45,201 nucleotides of DNA from Nemertoderma westbladi (lineage: Eukaryota; Animalia; Xenacoelomorpha): positions 1 to 45,201 of the forward strand of contig JAUCBJ010001920.1 in NCBI GenBank assembly GCA_032718475.1, given 5' to 3'. This document shows, one piece after another, positions 32,551 to 45,201 of the stretch. Both the position numbers and the translations under genes were made by a program. How positions within the stretch are numbered: position 1 is the stretch's first letter; each line of letters starts with the position of its first letter. The notes under the pieces are model-generated. The model saw only the letters and a list, made by a program, of their open reading frames with translations, searched no databases and was not told where the DNA came from.

Positions 32551-35500
32551 CTAGGAACATCCTATTGTTCGTTTTCGCTTAGTTGCTGAGATCCTCTCGT
32601 CCCACAAATTCCAGGATTCTATAAAGGCATTCTGCTGGACTAGTTCCGTGGCCGGAATAGTGTTCGGTGTTCTGCGAACAGAGAACCTAATCAGTTTAGG
32701 GCCCTGACCGTCCAGTGGAATCTGGGTAAGTGTCTTCTCAGAACTTCGTTGAATATGGACCAGAGTTGTTTCCAGAATATTTATTAACCTATGGTAATAT
32801 GGTGGTAGGGTTTGTGAACTAGTTATATTGGGGGGCGCTATACTGCGTGACGTTCTTACAAATGGACTATAACGACGTCTCATTTGGTCAATGTGGCGAT
32901 GGACAATGACACCGCACACTTCAACCGTGATAATTCTATTTCCGATGTATTGAACCACTTTACAAGGCAACCAACGCTCATAGTGCCCAGATAATCGTGA
33001 ATAATTACGTATCCTTACAGCTTCACCAATAACGTAAGGACTATTTTTGGGTCCTTGATCTTTGCTAGGAAGTTGATCAGTCTATCTTATCAGGTCTTTT
33101 GCTTGTACGCAAACACCAACTCAGCGGGTGTTTTCCCATTTGATTTTATTGCATTATGGTCAAACACCATGAATCTACTTATACGATCTGCCATAGATAA
33201 TTTTTCATTATCATCTTCTTGTTTCTTTAATGACGATTTGAATGATTGCACTAGTCTCTCAGCTGCACAATTACAACACGGTTTATATGGTGGTGAGGGC
33301 CATCGGTTAATGCCATTTGCAATGCAAAAAGCCACCAATTCTTTGGCTCGGAATTGGGGACCATTATCTGATATGATAATATTAGGGATAGAGAAATCGG
33401 CGAAAAATTTTCGAAGTTCAGTTCAGTTACTATAGCTGCTGTTGCTGTGTTGGGAAGGATAACTCGAGACCATTTTGTCTTGACACAATTCTATTCCTAA
33501 GAAGATTGTCGATTCGTATTCTGCAAAGTCAAGATGTATTCTTTCAAATGGTTCTTTCGGTTCTGGCATTGGACATGTTGTAACATGAACCTCTTTCACA
33601 CATCTATGGCAACTTTTATAACATTTCACATATAGTTCTATATCTTTGGAGATTCCCAACCACCAAACTATATTACGAGCAGTTTCTTTCATTCGTCGTG
33701 TGCAAATATGTGGTCCATGGAGCTCTTGGAGAACATTCTTCTGAAGTGATGTTGGGATTATTGTTGCTGTTCCTCTTCATAAAATTCCATCATTACTGGA
33801 TAGTTCAATGTCAATCATTAAAGGTTTGTAATCATTAAGAGCTTTTTCCTTTGCAATTCTGGAATTTGGACAGTTTAAATGCTGTAGTATTAATTTTAAA
33901 ATGTTATCATTAGCAGTGGCTGCTTTTAAACCATCTCGATTTAATGGAAATCTCGAATGTTTTGCTCTTCTTGAATATCAAAGCATTTGATATCAATGTC
34001 ATCATCTACAATGCTACCTGGTTGCGAAATTCGAGTAAAACAATCGGATGTGTTCAATTGTGACTTTATGTATGACATAGGACATTTATGTATGACATTT
34101 ATATAGGACGACAACTCCATTGCCCAGTGCTAAAGCTGGCAGACTGCTAGAGCTGGCAATGCCTTTGAAGGTGATAATATAATATATGTTGGAGAGGCTC
34201 GTTGTCGGTAATCAAATTGAATTTTCTAACTATTAAATAATTTCTGAATTTACGAATTCCACTAATGATAGTAACGATCAAGTTGTGAAGAGCGCTTCTG
34301 ACATTGTGATAGAGAAGCAGACATGAATTCGATAGGGCATAGATTTCCTTCAGTATTCTTTTGTAACAATATTGCAGATATTGTCTGTTCTGAAGCATCT
34401 GTAATTAGATGTGTTTCTTTTCTTGTATCAAAAAAACAAAGCATTGTATATTTTGTAATGGACCGTTCCAGGTTGGTAAAAAGCCTTACTTTCAATTATG
34501 GTCCGCAAAAACTTATTTCCTTTCTCTAACATTTTGTAAATGGGTTGGCCCATTTCTGCATAATTCGGGATGAACTTTCTCAAATAGTTGAAGAATCCTA
34601 AAGCTGACTGAAGCTCTTTGGCAGTTGAAGGTTCCTGCAATTTCACTACAGCTTCAATTTTGTCTTTATCACTTATCAGGAGCGATTCCATGTTTCGAAA
34701 TGACATGACCACAGAATTTGACTTCATCCTGTAAAAATGCACACTTTTCTTTCCATAACGTTAGGTTTCGTTATTGTAATTGTTTGAGAACTTTGCAATG
34801 TCTCTCTAAATGATCCTGACGATTTGTAACTGTTATTACTATTTCGTCCATGTAAGCAGCAATGGATTCTTTACAGTCGACTTCTTGAAGTACCTCATCA
34901 ACAACCTTTAAACACTTAGTGCTGGCAGTTTTTATCCCATAAGGAACACGAGTTGGTATTAAGAGTCCAAGTGGAGTATTTAAAGTCGTAAGTAGTTGGG
35001 AATGATGATCTAGAGGAAGCTGATGGTAGGCTTCTCTTAGGTCAATCACTGTAAACTCTTCTCCACCTTCTAGTTTTGCTGCAATTTCGTCAAATGTAGG
35101 TAAGTGAAATGGATCATCTATGATATGTGGATTTAATGTACTTTTATAATCCCCACAGACTCGTATTTTGTCACCTATACCAGGTTTTTTTGTGACAACA
35201 AGTGGGGCAGCCCATTCAATGTTTTCATTTGGAAGTGGTTTATGAAGGCTGCCCTTGTCAATATCTGACTGTAATATTTCTTTCTCGCGAAATGCGTGGG
35301 AGACAGTTCTACACTTTTAAAACTTGGGCTGGGCATTCACTTTTAAACTAACATTAGCTGGCGTCCTAATCCATCAAATACATTTCTGTTATTTTCAAGA
35401 ATAGTTTCTAAGGCATTCTCCTGTTTACTAAGTACTTCACTATGAATGGAGCAGTTTCTACTAGCTTTACCACTCATTCTCCAAACGTATCCACCCAATT

Positions 35501-36060
35501 TTCCAAAAAGTAGTGTATTCACTTTTCAATTTATCACTAGTAATGGTAGATTATTAACTGTCAGAAGACCCATAATTTGGGATTATTTTAGAAAATAGTA
35601 CCATTAACCCATTATATCTCGTTTTTCAAAATTGCATGCCTCTTCGTAATTTCGTGCAACTTGAATCGCGGTAGCAAAATCTGTAGGTTTTGACCGCATC
35701 AATTTTGTAGCTATAGATTCATTCGCTATGCCTCCAAGCAATTGTTCTTTCAGCCTGCTGTCCCAGCTTTTGTTCCCAGCTATTGTTCTTTCAGCCAGCT
35801 TTCAGCCTGCTTGTTCCAAATTCACAGTAGCGTGACAAGGAACGTACATGTTTAACAAAATCAGTTACAGATTCTGCAGACAATTTCTGCAATCTAATAA
35901 ATTTACGTACTTCAGTCTCTTGGTTTATAGATGTTTGAAAATAATCATTGAGAGCATATATAATGACTGTAAATATAGCATCATTGACGTCTACTGGGTA
36001 AATCATATCTATTATTATTTCAAGGAGGTCAGTTCCATAATTTGAAATTAAAATTTTCCA
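32551..36060 (-). mobile_element. Degenerate Ty3/Gypsy LTR retrotransposon internal region (gag-RT-RNaseH-integrase)
   Basis: Minus-strand fragments: gag (ESVTDFVKHVRSLSRYCEFG), RT (WAAPLV, IRVCGDYK, IDLREAYHQLPL, AYMDEI), RNase H (LITDAS, FNLITDNEPL), integrase (VWWLGISKDIE...CYKSC, RIHLDFA, ISDNGPQF, AERLVQSFK), C-terminal RHIDQMR. Many stops and frameshifts; LTRs not identified. Confidence 0.92.
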
Positions 36061-36276
36061 TACTAAAACAAGGACGGTGGTGACTGCTGTACTGGGGTTG
36101 GTATACTGCTGTACTGGTGTATGTTAATGGAATAGAGTCTGCATACTGCTAGGCCTAACTGCCATTAATTTCTGTATTTACTTTTTTCGCGAACATAAAC
36201 GACTCAGATTATTGCTGTAAACCGCACTCAGTCGTCGAGAAAGTAGTCTCCGATATCAATTATACTCTCGACCATC

Positions 36277-37025
36277 ATGCCTCAAAAATCCACTAAAGAC
36301 AACGTTACTCGATCGAGTTCCCGCACTGCCTCGCCCCACCTCGATGCCGATATCGACGCGACCGGTACCGTTACCGGTTCAGGTGCAAACCAAATTGCTG
36401 AGGTCCTAGCTGCTATTTCTGCATTAAACCGCGAACTGTCCATTATCAAGTCTGATATTACCGTAGGCTAATTAAAAAGGAAACAGCCGGACTTGCCGAA
36501 ATCAAATTGCGTGTCGAAGCTATGGAAAGCAAAATCAATGTTGCTATCCCGGAGAAACTGTCTGCACTTGATGATCGTATCGATGATCTTGAGCAACACT
36601 CACGGAACTATAACTTGTTAGTACACGGTGTAGGAGAGGAAAATTCGCTGACGGAATCGATTCAACTCCTCAGTTTAAATAAACAAGACATTGATAACTT
36701 CCATCGCCTGGGAGCCAAGCGTAACGATCCACGGTCTAAACCTCGCGCGATTATTATTCGATTCGTAAGCAGGATGCGCCGCGATCAGGTGATGAAAGAG
36801 AAAAAGGGCAAACTAGCGAGCGGGGCTTATATTACGGAACATCTCACGGTGCACCGGGCCTCGTTGCTACGCACTCTAAAGGATCTAAAAAAGAAGGGGA
36901 GCCTCCATTCTGCCTACTCTGTTAATGGAGTTATTCTCGCTAAGGTTGAAGAACAACAACGTCCGATTCGAATAACCTGTGCGGACGACATTCAAATCAA
37001 GTTGGGGATCCCGATTACTATCTAA
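36277..37025 (+). pseudogene. LINE ORF1 (coiled coil + RRM/CTD, L1-transposase-22-like), one 5-bp frameshift
   Basis: RIDDLEQHSRNYNLLVHGVGE...FHRLG...PRAIIIRF...YITEHLT...NGVIL. Removing GGCTA (36466-36470) joins the two ORFs in frame. Confidence 0.88.
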
Positions 37026-37349
37026 TCATGTGTTATCCTCCACTGTTTATTTTATTTCGGTAACTTAACAGCTGGGAATCTTAGTCCTAGCCCCAGGAAC
37101 CTGGATTACTTAATCTGACAACTTTATATTACTTCACAAATACGTATAAACAAATTTCCCCATCCGTAAATCTAATACGGCAGATTGGCCGAGCAGATAT
37201 GCACTTATTATATGCATTAATTTAGCTGCTAGGTTTATCTTTTAGTAGTTCCGTAGTGTTTAACGGTAAGCATTTTTCGTATCATTTTTAGTACCAATTC
37301 AAATACCTGCGACAGGAGATAAGGACAACAGTACTTCCACCCTTTTCCC

Positions 37350-40300
37350 ATGAGCCTACCCAACCAACTAACATGCGATTTCTGTTTTACCCCATTACTA
37401 AATATAGAACCAAAAATACTTTGTGCTATTTGTAATAATATCTACCATCTACCTTGCGGAACCCACTTAATTAACGATAATAACTTAAATAATATATTTT
37501 GTACTTTTTGTTATATAGAAACTTTTCCATTCTCATCCGTCCCAGACAGTGACACCGATATTTTTTATGTTAAGGATGATGACAACTTTGACTTACCCTA
37601 TAACTTCGACGAATACGACAGTACATTCAAAAATATAGACCCTGACCAAAATTTAGACTCCAATAACACAGACGGAAAATATTTTTCAGAATCAAAATTT
37701 AATAATCTACCGCACGATAACTCCATATCAATATATAACCTCAATTGTAGAAGTCTTAATAAAAATTTTAGTGCCACCAACGACTACCTAAACCTCATTG
37801 ACAAGCAATTTGACGTACTTTCTTTTACCGAAACATTTATAACTGACGACACTGATCTCACTCCTCTACGTATACACGGATACTCACTGCCAATTACTAA
37901 CAACAGACAATACGGAAAACGTCAGAGGGGCGGGACAGCCATATACCTAAAAAACGGACTAGACTACACACACCGTACAGATATTACAATTGAACACTGC
38001 GAATCTTCTTGGGTTAGTATTTCTAGAACAAAAAAATCTAAAAATCTAAAACCAATATTAATAGGCAACATCTATCGCCCTGATTCCTGCGATCTAAATA
38101 ATTTTATAGAAAATGTCAACAATTTACTTTATAATTTATCAACTCAAAATCTTGACGTTATTTTAACCGGCGATTTCAATTTAGACCTTTTAAAAAAATC
38201 AAACAACGCTATTAAATACCTACAAGTTTTAGAATCATATTCCTTCGAACAACTAATTAAAGTCCCAACTAGAATAACCCCCCATTCCAAAACTCTACTT
38301 GATCACATTTCAACAAATATACGAGATAAAATAATAACTCCCGGTGTTTTCCTTGCAGAAGTAGGTACAACTGACCACTTAGGTACATTTATTACAATTC
38401 AAAATTACTCATGTTTTTTTAACCCACCTGAAACACGTTACACTTACGACTATTCTAAATTTAACAAAGAAAACTATCTAAACGATTTGCGAGAAACCAG
38501 TTTGTGGACATATAAAAATGATGATGATGATGACCATAGGACTGATTAAGTCGTCAATAACTAAAAATAAAATGTACGCCGCTCTCTCAAAAAATACGAC
38601 AGAAGAAAAATTAAAGGAGTATAAAAAATACCGTAACAAATTTTCGAAAACTCTAAAATCTGCGGAAAAATTATATTATGCAAAAGAATTCGACAAAAAC
38701 AAAAATAATATGAGAAAAACATGGAATACAATAAATTCAGCTTTAAACAGGTCAAAACCGAAAACTTCACCAAAAAAACTAATTATTACTGATAAGAATG
38801 GAAATAATAAAGAAATTACTAACCCCGAGGAAATCTGCAGTGTTTTTAACAACCACTTTGCTACTATAGGAACTCGACTGGCACAAGAGATACCCACAAC
38901 AAACAGAAACCCAATACGTTATATAAACCACAAAAAACCAAACTCCTTCTCACTTGTTGAAACCTCTAACACTGAAACTATTTACAACATACTAGATCTC
39001 AATAACTCAAGTTCAACTAACGACAGCTTCCCCATCACTCTAGTTAAATTAGCAGCGTACGATATTGCACCACATTTGACATATCTGATAAATCTCTCTA
39101 TTAAAACCGGTTCATTCCCATCCACTCTTAAATCTGCTAAAATTACCCCAGTTTTTAAATCCGGCGTCCCTACTGACAAAAATAATTACAGACCCATATC
39201 AATATTACCTGTATTCAGTAAACTCTTTGAACGCGTAATCAACTCCCAACTAATCTCATATCTAGACAAGTACTCCATACTCTCACAATACCAATACGGA
39301 TTTCGAAAACAATCTACAACAACAGATGCCATACTGACTGTAACCGAAAAATTACAAAATATTCTAGAATTACAAGAATCTGCCTGTTTGATATCAATAG
39401 ATCTTAAGAAAGCCTTCGATACTTTACAACACAATATTCTCTTAAACAAACTAGACAGCTATGGCATACGTGGAACCCCCCACAAACTAATAACTAGCTA
39501 CTTACACAACCGAACACACTCAGTTTACATAGGCAACACTCACTCAGAACCGATACTGGCCCCCTGCGGTACCCCCCAGGGGGCTATACTCAGCGCTACG
39601 CTATTCTTAATTTACATAAACGACTTACCGAACTGTACATCACTTCACTCAACTTTATTTGCCGACGATACAAACCTACTTTACAATCACAAAGACCTTG
39701 AAATACTAACTGAAACTGTAAATACCGAACTTAATAAAATTGATCTATGGCTAACCGACAACCAACTATCATTAAATCTTAAAAAAACAGAGTATCTATT
39801 TTTTACAAATAAAAAAGAAACAAAACACAATAATATAAAAATACGTAATCAACCAATAAAAAATGTAAATGAAACAAAATTTTTAGGAATTTGGATAGAC
39901 AGAAAGTTATCTTGGAAAAATCATTGTGCTTATGTTTTGAAGAAAATCTCAAAATCAGCTGGTATATTTTTTAAACTCCGACACACTCTACCACTACGTA
40001 TATTAAAATTACTTTACTGTTCACTGATACAACCTTACATTAATTACGGTATAGTGATCTGGGGTAACGCTCAATCTACACATACGAAACCTATTAAAAT
40101 TAAAATAAATAAACTAGTCAGAGCTATTACCTTCAGTCACTACAGGGAACACGCATCACCACTCTACAAACAATTAGATATACTACCGATTGAACAACTG
40201 CATTTTCTTGAAACAGCTAAACTAATGTGGGAAATCCACAATAACAAAAAACAAAATTTTATCACTTCGTTGTTTCAACAAACATCTACTGTACATACTT

Positions 40301-40488
40301 ACAACACAAGATCAACAACAAAAAAAAGCTACTATGTACCACGGACCCGACTACTACAAGGACAGAAATCATTAAAATATAACGGTGTCATTGTCTGGAA
40401 CACGCTAGATGTAGATATGAAACAAAGTAAATCGAAAAAATCATTAGGAAGAAAATTAAAAAATAAACTAATAAATGAGCTACAGTAA
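37350..40488 (+). pseudogene. LINE ORF2: PHD finger, AP endonuclease, reverse transcriptase; frameshifted at ~38520-38549
   Basis: CDFC...CAIC...HLPC...CTFC; NCRSL, FTET, GGTAIY, IYRP, GDFN, LLDHI, TDH; NYRPISIL, QYGFR, DLKKAFD, GTPQGAILS, YINDL, FADD, KFLGIWID. Confidence 0.95.
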
Positions 40489-40894
40489 GATAAAATACAA
40501 GAAAATAAAATACAAAAAAATACAAAATATTGCGATTTTATCCAGTTTCATATCCTAAAAATACAAATTAAATTAATTGAATAAAAAGTAAAATAAATAT
40601 ACAGTACTTTGTGGGAAAAACGAAAAAATGGAAATCGCCTGAGCTGTTGCTGGTTGGATAGGCTAGTACCACCCCACCCACCCCCCCCCCCCCCCCCCCC
40701 CGAACTGGTCGTTGATAGCAGTTGACAAAACTAGCTTCGGCTACTGCCAACTACTATCAGTGCACTATTATTATCAACATTCAAATTTAATAAATTGTTA
40801 AATGCTTACCCTGCGAATTAAAAACTCGCAATTATGCAATTATTGTTATAATTATTGTGTACGACCACTCGGTATAAATAAATAAATAAATCTC

Positions 40895-40925
<31 letters not shown>

Positions 40926-41120
40926 CCTTTTTATCTTCTTCAGGAGGTATTCTTCTACAGTATTTATAATTGTATTTCTTATTTCCCTCCTAGGCCGATT
41001 ATATACCTGTGATTATATACCTGATGATATACCTGTACTTGTAATACCGGTGGAAGAAAAAACGAATGTACGGTAGGCTGGTTGGTAGGTGGAAGTCTTG
41101 AAAGCAACGGTTATCACAGT

Positions 41121-41234
41121 GTGCCGACAGTTTCGGCGTTACGTTGTGCCGACAGTGTCGGCTTTACGTTGTGCTGACAGTGTCGGCGTTACGTTGTGCC
41201 GACAGTGTCGGCGTTACGTTGTGCCGACAATGTC
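41121..41234. repeat. 25-bp palindromic minisatellite, 4.5 copies
   Basis: Unit GTGCCGACAGTGTCGGCGTTACGTT contains the dyad GCCGACA-G-TGTCGGC. Confidence 0.93.
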
Positions 41235-41939
41235 TTCATTTTCAAAATTTTCATTTCTCATTTCATTTTCAACATTTTCAAAAAAAATATAAATTTTCAG
41301 CATGAAAAAGAAATCTTATTAAAACATAGTAATAATTTAATTTAATATAAAATATTTTCTAACTGTTTCCAAGATACAGATGAATTTAAAAAAATTATAA
41401 ATGCCCCTCCCCCCGCGCCCCAGACCTGATAAGGTTAAAGGGGGCCTTTTATACAGTCCCAATTCCAATAAGCGTTAACTTGGCCATTTTGGCGGCCAAA
41501 ATGACCAAATAAATGTAGTGTATGGGCTATTGGTCATTTTGGCGAGGCGTTTTAACTCGACTCAGCTAAATCCAGACTGTCTGTCTCCTTGGCCATCTAT
41601 TTGGTTGTTCTGACTAAATGTCGGCTCGCTTTCATTTTTATTATTGACAGATACCCCAAGATGAGTTGGGCCTTGCAGTATTGGAGACCACCTACTGAGG
41701 CATTGATACAGCACACAGGCTATTAAGGGAGTTGAATGTGGCTTTGTTAAAGGAGGAGAATGTATAATAATCTGATTGTGTGTTATATTGTGTTATTATT
41801 AAGATATCCACTTCTCACCTTGCCCTGCTCATTTGTGTAGCTTCAGTATATAGTCATTATTATGAAATGGTGACAGTGTCTGAAGGCGTCCTAATTCTAG
41901 TTCTATAGTACCTGGGTCTGTTAGTTAGTTAGGTATAGT

Positions 41940-42400
41940 CACCCCCTGGTTCTCCGGCCGGGTTCATTAGTTGAATGCGACCTTGTGAAGTCTTCCTTCC
42001 TCGCGTCGTATAGCAGGGTGGACATATTTTCGAATGAACACCTTCTTATAGTCATTGATACCATTCAACCTCTTAGCTTCCTGCAAAACCTTCAATCTGG
42101 ATGCTTTGCTGTGGAAGCTGAGAAGAGGAGGCTGTGAGGTGGCAAGGCTCTGTTGCTTGTTCCGCAATACTTTTCGAGTAGTTTCACGTTTTCCACTTTG
42201 ATTTCCACCGCACAATCGGAACACTCAATTGAGCTTAACAACTCCCTCACTTGATCCATATCTGTTAAACGTGGGTCACCTACTGACGAACTTGCTGCAG
42301 ATTCTTCGGGGATACCCGTACGACAAGGTTTAGTTGTCGCTCTGAAGCATCCATCCATTCGATGAACGCCTGTTGATTGTTGATGATGCTGTATGCAGAC
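41940..42400 (-). pseudogene. LINE ORF1-like remnant
   Basis: PLLSFHSKASRLKVLQEAKRLNGINDYKKVFIRKYVHPAIRREEGRL resembles the CR1/L2 ORF1 C-terminus. Frameshifted. Confidence 0.6.
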
Positions 42401-42694
42401 CTCAGATCACACTGTTACATGGCGAGAGGCCCATCTACTGTAGTTGGTACACTTATCAAAACTGATGTAGAACTTATATTTGAAATTTATTTTTTTTTGT
42501 ACTAAACGCAACACAAGTGTTGCGGTAAGGAGCCCTTTTCACCGAGTTATGAAGAGCCTGAAATTGGTAGGTTTTTTTGTATATGTTCGGTTTGTTTACC
42601 GTCGATTGGATCAACATTTCGGAGAGCTGGAGTAGAATTATAACCCGACATCGTGACACCTTTATTAGTATGTATTTGTGTGGATGTGGATATG

Positions 42695-43080
42695 TTTGTG
42701 GTTCCACTATAGCACGTCTATTCGAACGTCTCGCGGTATATAAATAAACGTACGTGTCGCGTCGCGCAGCACGAGCGGCTGCTTACTCGAGAACGGGTAA
42801 CCCGAGTACTTCACTCGCACAGCACGAGCGGCTGCTACTCGAGAACGGGTAACCCGAGTAGTTGACTCGTGCAGCGCGAATGCCCCACGAAAATTTTCAA
42901 AATATTGGAACTTTTCCTCTAGTAGGTCCATCCAAATTAGGTTAAAATTGAGTAAAGGCTTCAAAACGATTGAATTTTCCACTTCAGACAGACAAACAGA
43001 CGGACATGATATTAGGCCCTAATACTAATTGAAATTGTGCACTAGTAGCTTCGCTCGCTAATCGTGGCTCGTTCCACAGT
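42695..43080 (+). mobile_element. Short HINE-like element
   Basis: 5' TTGTGG...AGCACG, ~52-bp tandem core repeats (CGCAGCACGAGCGGCTGC...GAACGGGTAACCCGAGTA), an (ACAG)-like microsatellite at ~42985-43005 and a 3' CTCGCTAATCGTGGCTCGTTCCACA end paralleling the element at 1250-2824. Confidence 0.5.
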
Positions 43081-44735
43081 ATATTAATTTAATACAACGT
43101 ACGACGTTTCCCATAGTTCCATCTAACTTTTGTAAGTGGGTTATTTAATACGCATGACCATTCAGTTTGACAAAACATTAACAGTTTGTTTCATTATGTC
43201 AACTTAACAGCGTTCTGGTGAATTACTCGTAACGCTGCAAAGTACAGTGAAATTTAGAATACACATGTCAGTTGAGTTGAATGACTTGGTAAGACCATCA
43301 ATAGCCCCATAACACGAAAATTGCCATAGGCTCAATAATAGAAATACCAGCTGATGCGGATACGACAAAACTACAGAGAAGTATTTTACTTGCCAAGTTT
43401 TAGTAAGGTTGTGTTTACTCACTCACACATATCACAGACAGTAATCAAACATCAACTGTTTATAATGTATTACCCAGTCAGCTGAAAATCTCTTCCCAGT
43501 GAATTCTATAAGAATATCTATAATGTTATACTGGATCCAGGTGGAGAGCGCAAATGGAGCATTTGCGCCGTGCGAGTGCATGGCCGACGGCGTTGGCCAT
43601 GTGGTATTGTTCTAGAATATTACAGTATTATTATTCCCATGCAAAGGTAAAAGTTAAAGCCCATGTTGCTGATGGAAAATAACAAATGCCTACCTTGATT
43701 TTGTTAAGGTCAGTTTTGTTTATACTTGAAGGCTTACATATAAGTATACATGGGCATAATATTCCAAATACTTTTGTTGCGCCTGTCGATTCGTATAAAT
43801 CGACAGGCGCATAGACCCCCCCAATTTATATTACTTGTGTATTATTATTTGTGGAAGTAACACATAACCCTAAGCTGGTGGAAGTGGAGGTCTTTTGGAA
43901 CACTCCAGAGATACCAGAGAACATTATATAAATTATAATTCTTTGCACTAAAGTGAATTCTTCTTGAAATTATGTGCAAAATTTCAACCATGCATACGAA
44001 TCAGTAGTCATCAATAATAATATAGTATTCCACAACAATTAGTTATTGTAAATATATTTTAAATGAAACATTTTTTGGTGGGGGTGGGGGGGGGGGGGGG
44101 GTGGTATTTTGGGGTGGAAGGGTCGGGGTAACCATATACTATAGCTGGGGTTGGGTAACTGGGGACTGAAATTGGTAACCGGAAATCCCTATTTAAATAA
44201 CTTGCGATATTTGCAAAGCTAGCCTTTTAAGTTTTAGCAATGGTGTGGACCAAGTATGTTGTAAGTACTTAGCATATCTTTAAGTGCAACTACGTAGTTC
44301 TACTAAGTATAGCAAGTTTAATGCATATACTTTGAAAGCTTAGAAAGTTTCTAGCATGGGCTTTGAATGTATTTATATGTACAACTACTTAGCTTTAGAG
44401 GGTATAACAAGTTTTAAAGAGGCACTTAGAAAGATTAGTACGTCTCAACCATGTAATTTGAAAATATAAAATTGTATTGACTTCGGAATATATGGTGACT
44501 GCACGGGTGTTATATTCTTCCCATTTTTAATGAAACATCAAGATGAATCTAATTTTTGTTTAAGGTCATTAGTTTAGGTGCCGTACTTTAATGTAAGTGA
44601 AGTACTCAAATATTGTAATACGTTTTATTATATTCTTGTTATTTATTATTTGTGATATACCGATCCAGCACTTTATATGATACCAGGGCGTTAAAGCGGT
44701 ATAGAGACGAGTATCTCCCCGTAAAAGGTGCCTAT

Positions 44736-44950
44736 GGGGCGTTCATAAATTGTCACGCACAGGGGGGGGGGGGGGGGGGGGGGGGGGGGGTGGGGGGGGG
44801 ATTGTTTGGGGGTATTAAGCCTACAAATTTACAATTGCTACAGAGGGTAGGGGGGTCGAGCTTGCATGACACTTTGTGACAGAGGGTGGGGGGGGGGAGG
44901 GGGGGGCGGGAATCTGGAAAATTTGCGTGACCTACTTTATGAACGCCTTC
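44736..44950. mobile_element. Small G-rich MITE
   Basis: GGCGTTCATAAA...TCACGCA / TGCGTGA...TTTATGAACGCC inverted ends, flanked by CTAT on both sides. Confidence 0.6.
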
Positions 44951-45201
44951 CTATCTCATATGCTGCTTCCTATGGACGGACTGAATCTCACCGGTCTTAT
45001 CTATACGTCATTATATATAGATCCTGATCTGCCTGAGTTTCATAAATTTTCATTTTCGAATAAAAAGAATACATCAATTATTATTTAACATTTATTGCTA
45101 TACAAATTGCGTTTCACACTAAAACAATATGAATAATGAAATAAAACACAATGTATCTATTAATTTATAATTCTCAAATCAGCAAATTTAGGCATCAGAA
45201 T

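Larger units (their letters stand above)
36186..40923 (+). mobile_element. Near full-length CR1/L2-group LINE (Crack/Daphne/Kiri-like)
   Basis: ORF1, an inter-ORF spacer, ORF2 (PHD-APE-RT), a 3' UTR and an (AAAT)n + poly(A) tail at 40876-40923. The 5' boundary is approximate. Confidence 0.92.

Noticed and set aside
23207-36060. YR plus nearby RT as a DIRS retroelement
   Set aside because: The RT is on the opposite strand ~10 kb away and is linked to a DDE integrase in Gypsy order.
41121-41234. Palindromic 25-bp repeats as a mini-CRISPR or integron sites
   Set aside because: No variable spacers or cassettes, and the context is eukaryotic.

Overview
AT-rich, repeat-dense eukaryotic DNA, most likely from a metazoan invertebrate. 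I see no prokaryotic operons, rRNA, tRNA or CRISPR array. Most of the window is nested transposable elements: a degenerate CR1/L2 LINE (0.5-4.7 kb) split by a Helentron-type non-autonomous element, several TIR MITEs (Tc1-like, Mutator-like with a 9-bp TSD, Sola-like, a 1-kb foldback), a decayed Ty3/Gypsy internal region (minus strand, 32.5-36 kb) and a nearly full-length CR1/L2-group LINE (36.2-40.9 kb). There are also many mini- and microsatellites. Two non-routine ORFs stand out. (1) 23207-24865 is an uninterrupted ORF that joins a tyrosine-recombinase catalytic domain (R-K-TxxR-H-Y) via a 10x14-aa repeat to a C-terminal Myb/SANT-like domain. It lies with a TGACGT cluster and a ~100-copy 27-bp array in a ~7.4-kb block bounded by two (GA)n tracts, making it a candidate Crypton-like/YR mobile element. 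(2) 11615-12313 is an intronless, 10-cysteine, signal-peptide, probably GPI-anchored protein resembling an expanded Ly6/uPAR three-finger domain. The window also has a strong excess of TAGGCCTA and TAC(A/T)GTA words that look like DNA-transposon excision footprints. All family assignments come from motifs read by eye; no database searches were run.
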